DNA of 64,000 bases from Allosphingosinicella sp. (GTDB taxonomy: Bacteria > Pseudomonadota > Alphaproteobacteria > Sphingomonadales > Sphingomonadaceae), in contig DASVQT010000054.1 of the NCBI GenBank assembly GCA_036388975.1, positions 5,838 through 69,837 on the forward strand, read 5' to 3'. A program made the translations under genes and the position numbers. Under the pieces are notes generated by a model that was not told where the DNA came from, did not search any database, and saw only the letters and a program-made list of their open reading frames with translations. Positions 61,825 to 64,000 of the stretch are shown here, piece after piece; positions within the stretch are counted from its first letter, which is position 1, and every line of letters begins with the position of its first letter.

Positions 61825-62627
61825 CCCGGCGTGATCGAATCTCCGATGCGGCTGTCGATCCGGCGGTAGCGCGCTTCGGCAAAGCTGAAGAGGCCGAACA
61901 GGACGAAGCCCGCGGCGACCGCCAGCTGCAGGTTGGACGGGAGCGAGCTCAGGGCCTGGCCGACGCCGCCCGCTTCGCTCGATTGCTCCTCGAGACCGGC
62001 GCGGAACAGGAACAGGCCCATGACCAGGAAGACGATGCCGCGGGCGAGATAGCCGGCGCGGCCGAGCCAGCAGATCGCCGTCTTGGCCGAGCCCGACGGC
62101 GCGAGGCTCTTCATGAAACTTGCGCTCCAGGCGCGGCCGATCTGGAACAGGCCGGTGGCGGCGAGGATGGCCGCGCCGGCGAGAACCATCAGCCAGCCGC
62201 CCGGCAGGCCGAGCGCGGTTTCGGCGCCCTGCTGCGCGCTGTCGCCGCCGCTCCCACCATTGTCGTCGCCGATGGCGTGGAGGAGGGCGGCGACGCCCAG
62301 GGCGAGATGGATGAGCCCGGAGACGACCCCGCCGGCGCGGACGGCGATGCCCTTCGCGTCACTGCCCTTGCCGCTCGTGTCGAGCCACGCTTCGGCGAGG
62401 CGCCAGGCGGCGTAGAAGAGAAAGCCGACGCCCATGGCGGCGAGCAGAAACCGGCCGTTGCCGCTGTCCAGCCAGGCAAGCACGCCCGCCCCGTCCTCGG
62501 TGCGGCCGCTCTTCAGCGCCAGCCAGCCGATCAGGCCGTAAAGGACACCGCGGGCCGCGAAGCCGGTGCGCGTCAGAAGCTCGAACTTACCCGCCACGCC
62601 TGCCCTCCAATTGGTTCGGAAGGACAA
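61821..62627 (-). CDS. DUF1206 domain-containing membrane protein
   Basis: Three repeats of a two-helix unit (ARG..Y...G...) are characteristic of DUF1206. Confidence 0.75.
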   Translation of the reverse strand: MSFRTNWRAGVAGKFELLTRTGFAARGVLYGLIGWLALKSGRTEDGAGVLAWLDSGNGRFLLAAMGVGFLFYAAWRLAEAWLDTSGKGSDAKGIAVRAGGVVSGLIHLALGVAALLHAIGDDNGGSGGDSAQQGAETALGLPGGWLMVLAGAAILAATGLFQIGRAWSASFMKSLAPSGSAKTAICWLGRAGYLARGIVFLVMGLFLFRAGLEEQSSEAGGVGQALSSLPSNLQLAVAAGFVLFGLFSFAEARYRRIDSRIGDSITPG

Positions 62628-62682
62628 CCGCTCGCGACCGAGACCGTTCCGGTGCCTTAACTAAGCGGGCGTTCGCTGGCGC

Positions 62683-63855
<1,173 letters not shown>

Positions 63856-63876
63856 TGAACTCGATCCTTTCGAATA

Positions 63877-63952
63877 CCGCTAGCCCTGAGCCTGTCGAAG
63901 GGCGGTTTGCAGCGCGCCGACCCGGGCTTCGACAGGCTCAGCCCTAGCGGTG
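63877..63952. repeat. Family A repeat pair (reverse then forward unit)
   Basis: ACCGCTAGCCCTGAGCCTGTCGAAGGGCGGTTTGCAGCG, then CCCGGGCTTCGACAGGCTCAGCCCTAGCGGTG. Confidence 0.8.
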
Positions 63953-64000
63953 TTGAGCCTGGTGTGTTGAGGGCGCGCCTAGCATTTCGCTGCGATGCGG

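Overview
High-GC (roughly two-thirds G+C by eye) alphaproteobacterial chromosome segment; the gene content and the intergenic palindromic repeats look Sphingomonadaceae-like. All calls come from reading the supplied translations and the DNA, with no database search. About 60 protein genes can be supported and most are core housekeeping. These include dnaK-dnaJ, purB, radC, ydbH-ynbE-ydbL, the F0 ATP synthase operon atpI-B-E-F'-F, uvrC, recO, apaG, parE, dcd, dnaB, astD, selO, otsB-GH15-otsA and a thiolase. I found no rRNA, tRNA, CRISPR array, transposase or integrase. Real starts are often internal to the listed ORFs, and many long ORFs are antisense or alternate-frame artefacts of the high GC. 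The most interesting feature is a tightly coupled six-gene minus-strand cluster at 43832-50627. It encodes a receiver-only response regulator, a TPR plus YaiO-like outer-membrane barrel, a membrane-anchored HEAT-repeat protein, a processive family-2 glycosyltransferase, a hybrid HisKA-HATPase-REC-Hpt kinase and a Zn-ribbon-REC protein. I read it as an uncharacterised synthase-dependent exopolysaccharide secretion module controlled by its own phosphorelay; no c-di-GMP domain is visible in the window. Secondary items are a deacetylase / FemAB-like GNAT / JmjC-cupin operon (19407-22414) and an orphan pyruvyl-transferase / FrhB-like pair (34702-37168). There is also a roughly 1-kb lower-GC islet with two orphan ORFs (28190-29161) and RpoH-type promoters at dnaK and hsp20, the latter with a possible SD-masking hairpin. 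At least five families of palindromic intergenic repeats are present, one copy lying inside the atp operon. Four convergent gene pairs share a palindromic 4-nt stop/stop overlap.
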